DNA from: an uncultured Planctomycetota bacterium
GTDB lineage: Bacteria > Planctomycetota > Planctomycetia > Gemmatales > Gemmataceae
Direction of reading: 5' to 3'
Assembly: GCA_963849325.1 (NCBI GenBank)
Contig: CAWKHF010000002.1
Coordinates: forward strand, 96,001 to 160,000
Length of the DNA: 64,000 nucleotides
The position numbers and the translations under genes are program-made. The notes below the pieces were generated by a model. It ran no database searches and had not been told where the DNA came from. It worked only from the letters and a program-made list of their open reading frames with translations. This document shows, in pieces, positions 63,374 through 64,000 of this stretch; the stretch's first letter is position 1; every line of letters begins with the position of its first letter.

Positions 63374-64000
63374 GCGGATTTCATCTCCGTGACGTCGAGC
63401 CAGTTCGGGCCTTCAGCCAGGTCCACCTTGAGCGGCACGTGCAGCCCCAGCGCCCGCTCCACCGGCGCCGTCATCTCCTCGCGCACCAGGGCGGCGAGGG
63501 ACGGCAGTTCCTCCGGGGGCGTCTCGAAGACCAGTTCGTCGTGGATCTGCAACAGCAGCCGGGCGCGGCGATTCTCACGGCGGAGGCGGCGGTAGACGTG
63601 GAGCATCGCCAACTTGATCAGGTCCGCGGCCGAACCCTGCACCTCCATGTTGATCGCCTCGCGCTCGGCGGTGTTGCGCTGCTGGTACGTCGAGTGGGCG
63701 CGGATGGCGTCGCGGTCGAAGTGCCGGCGGCGGCCGAGGATCGTGGACACGTAGCCGTTCTTGCGGCAGTCCTTCAGCAATCGGTCCTGGTACTCCTGCA
63801 CCTTCGGATAACGGGCGAAATAGGAGGCGATGAACTTCGCCGCCTCGTCGCGCGACATCTCCAGTCGCTGGCCCAGGCCGACCGGGCTGATTCCGTAGAT
63901 GACGCCGAAGTTGACCGTCTTGGCCATGCGCCGCATGGCGGAGGTCACGTCCGCCTCCGCTACGCCGAAAATCTGGGCGGCGACGGCGGCGTGGATGTCG
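63370..64000 (-). CDS. polA: DNA polymerase I, C-terminal part (partial)
   Basis: DIH..VA, RRMAKTVNFGVIYG, AEREAINM.VQGSAAD, LLQIHDELVFE. Confidence 0.96.
   Translation of the reverse strand, partial: DIHAAVAAQIFGVAEADVTSAMRRMAKTVNFGVIYGISPVGLGQRLEMSRDEAAKFIASYFARYPKVQEYQDRLLKDCRKNGYVSTILGRRRHFDRDAIRAHSTYQQRNTAEREAINMEVQGSAADLIKLAMLHVYRRLRRENRRARLLLQIHDELVFETPPEELPSLAALVREEMTAPVERALGLHVPLKVDLAEGPNWLDVTEMKSA

Overview
High-GC window that looks like Planctomycetota (Gemmataceae-like), judged from DUF1559 prepilin-type genes, an ECF + Ser/Thr kinase pair, a LERLEDR motif and Uma2. It is mostly housekeeping: pheA end, aroF, tpiA, bioAD, the S10-spc-alpha ribosomal protein cluster, ribH, rho, coaE and the polA end. 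Accessory genes are interspersed (cyanophycin-synthetase-like gene, two VapBC modules, two kinases, several Zn-ribbon membrane proteins). Many single-base frameshifts, including in essential genes, point to uncorrected long-read indels rather than pseudogenes. Main observations: (1) an initiator-type tRNA-Met plus an antisense, AT-richer, phage-like HNH endonuclease lies inside the S10 operon between rpsS and rplV, and a hairpin buries the HNH start site; (2) rplC (L3) is missing and a structured 137-nt spacer sits in its place, occluding the rplD SD; (3) there are many palindromic elements, including tandem 7/9/10-mer hairpins with different unit sequences, one of them in-frame inside a kinase domain and several abutting start codons or supplying stop codons; (4) SecY has an N-terminal extension with two extra hydrophobic segments.
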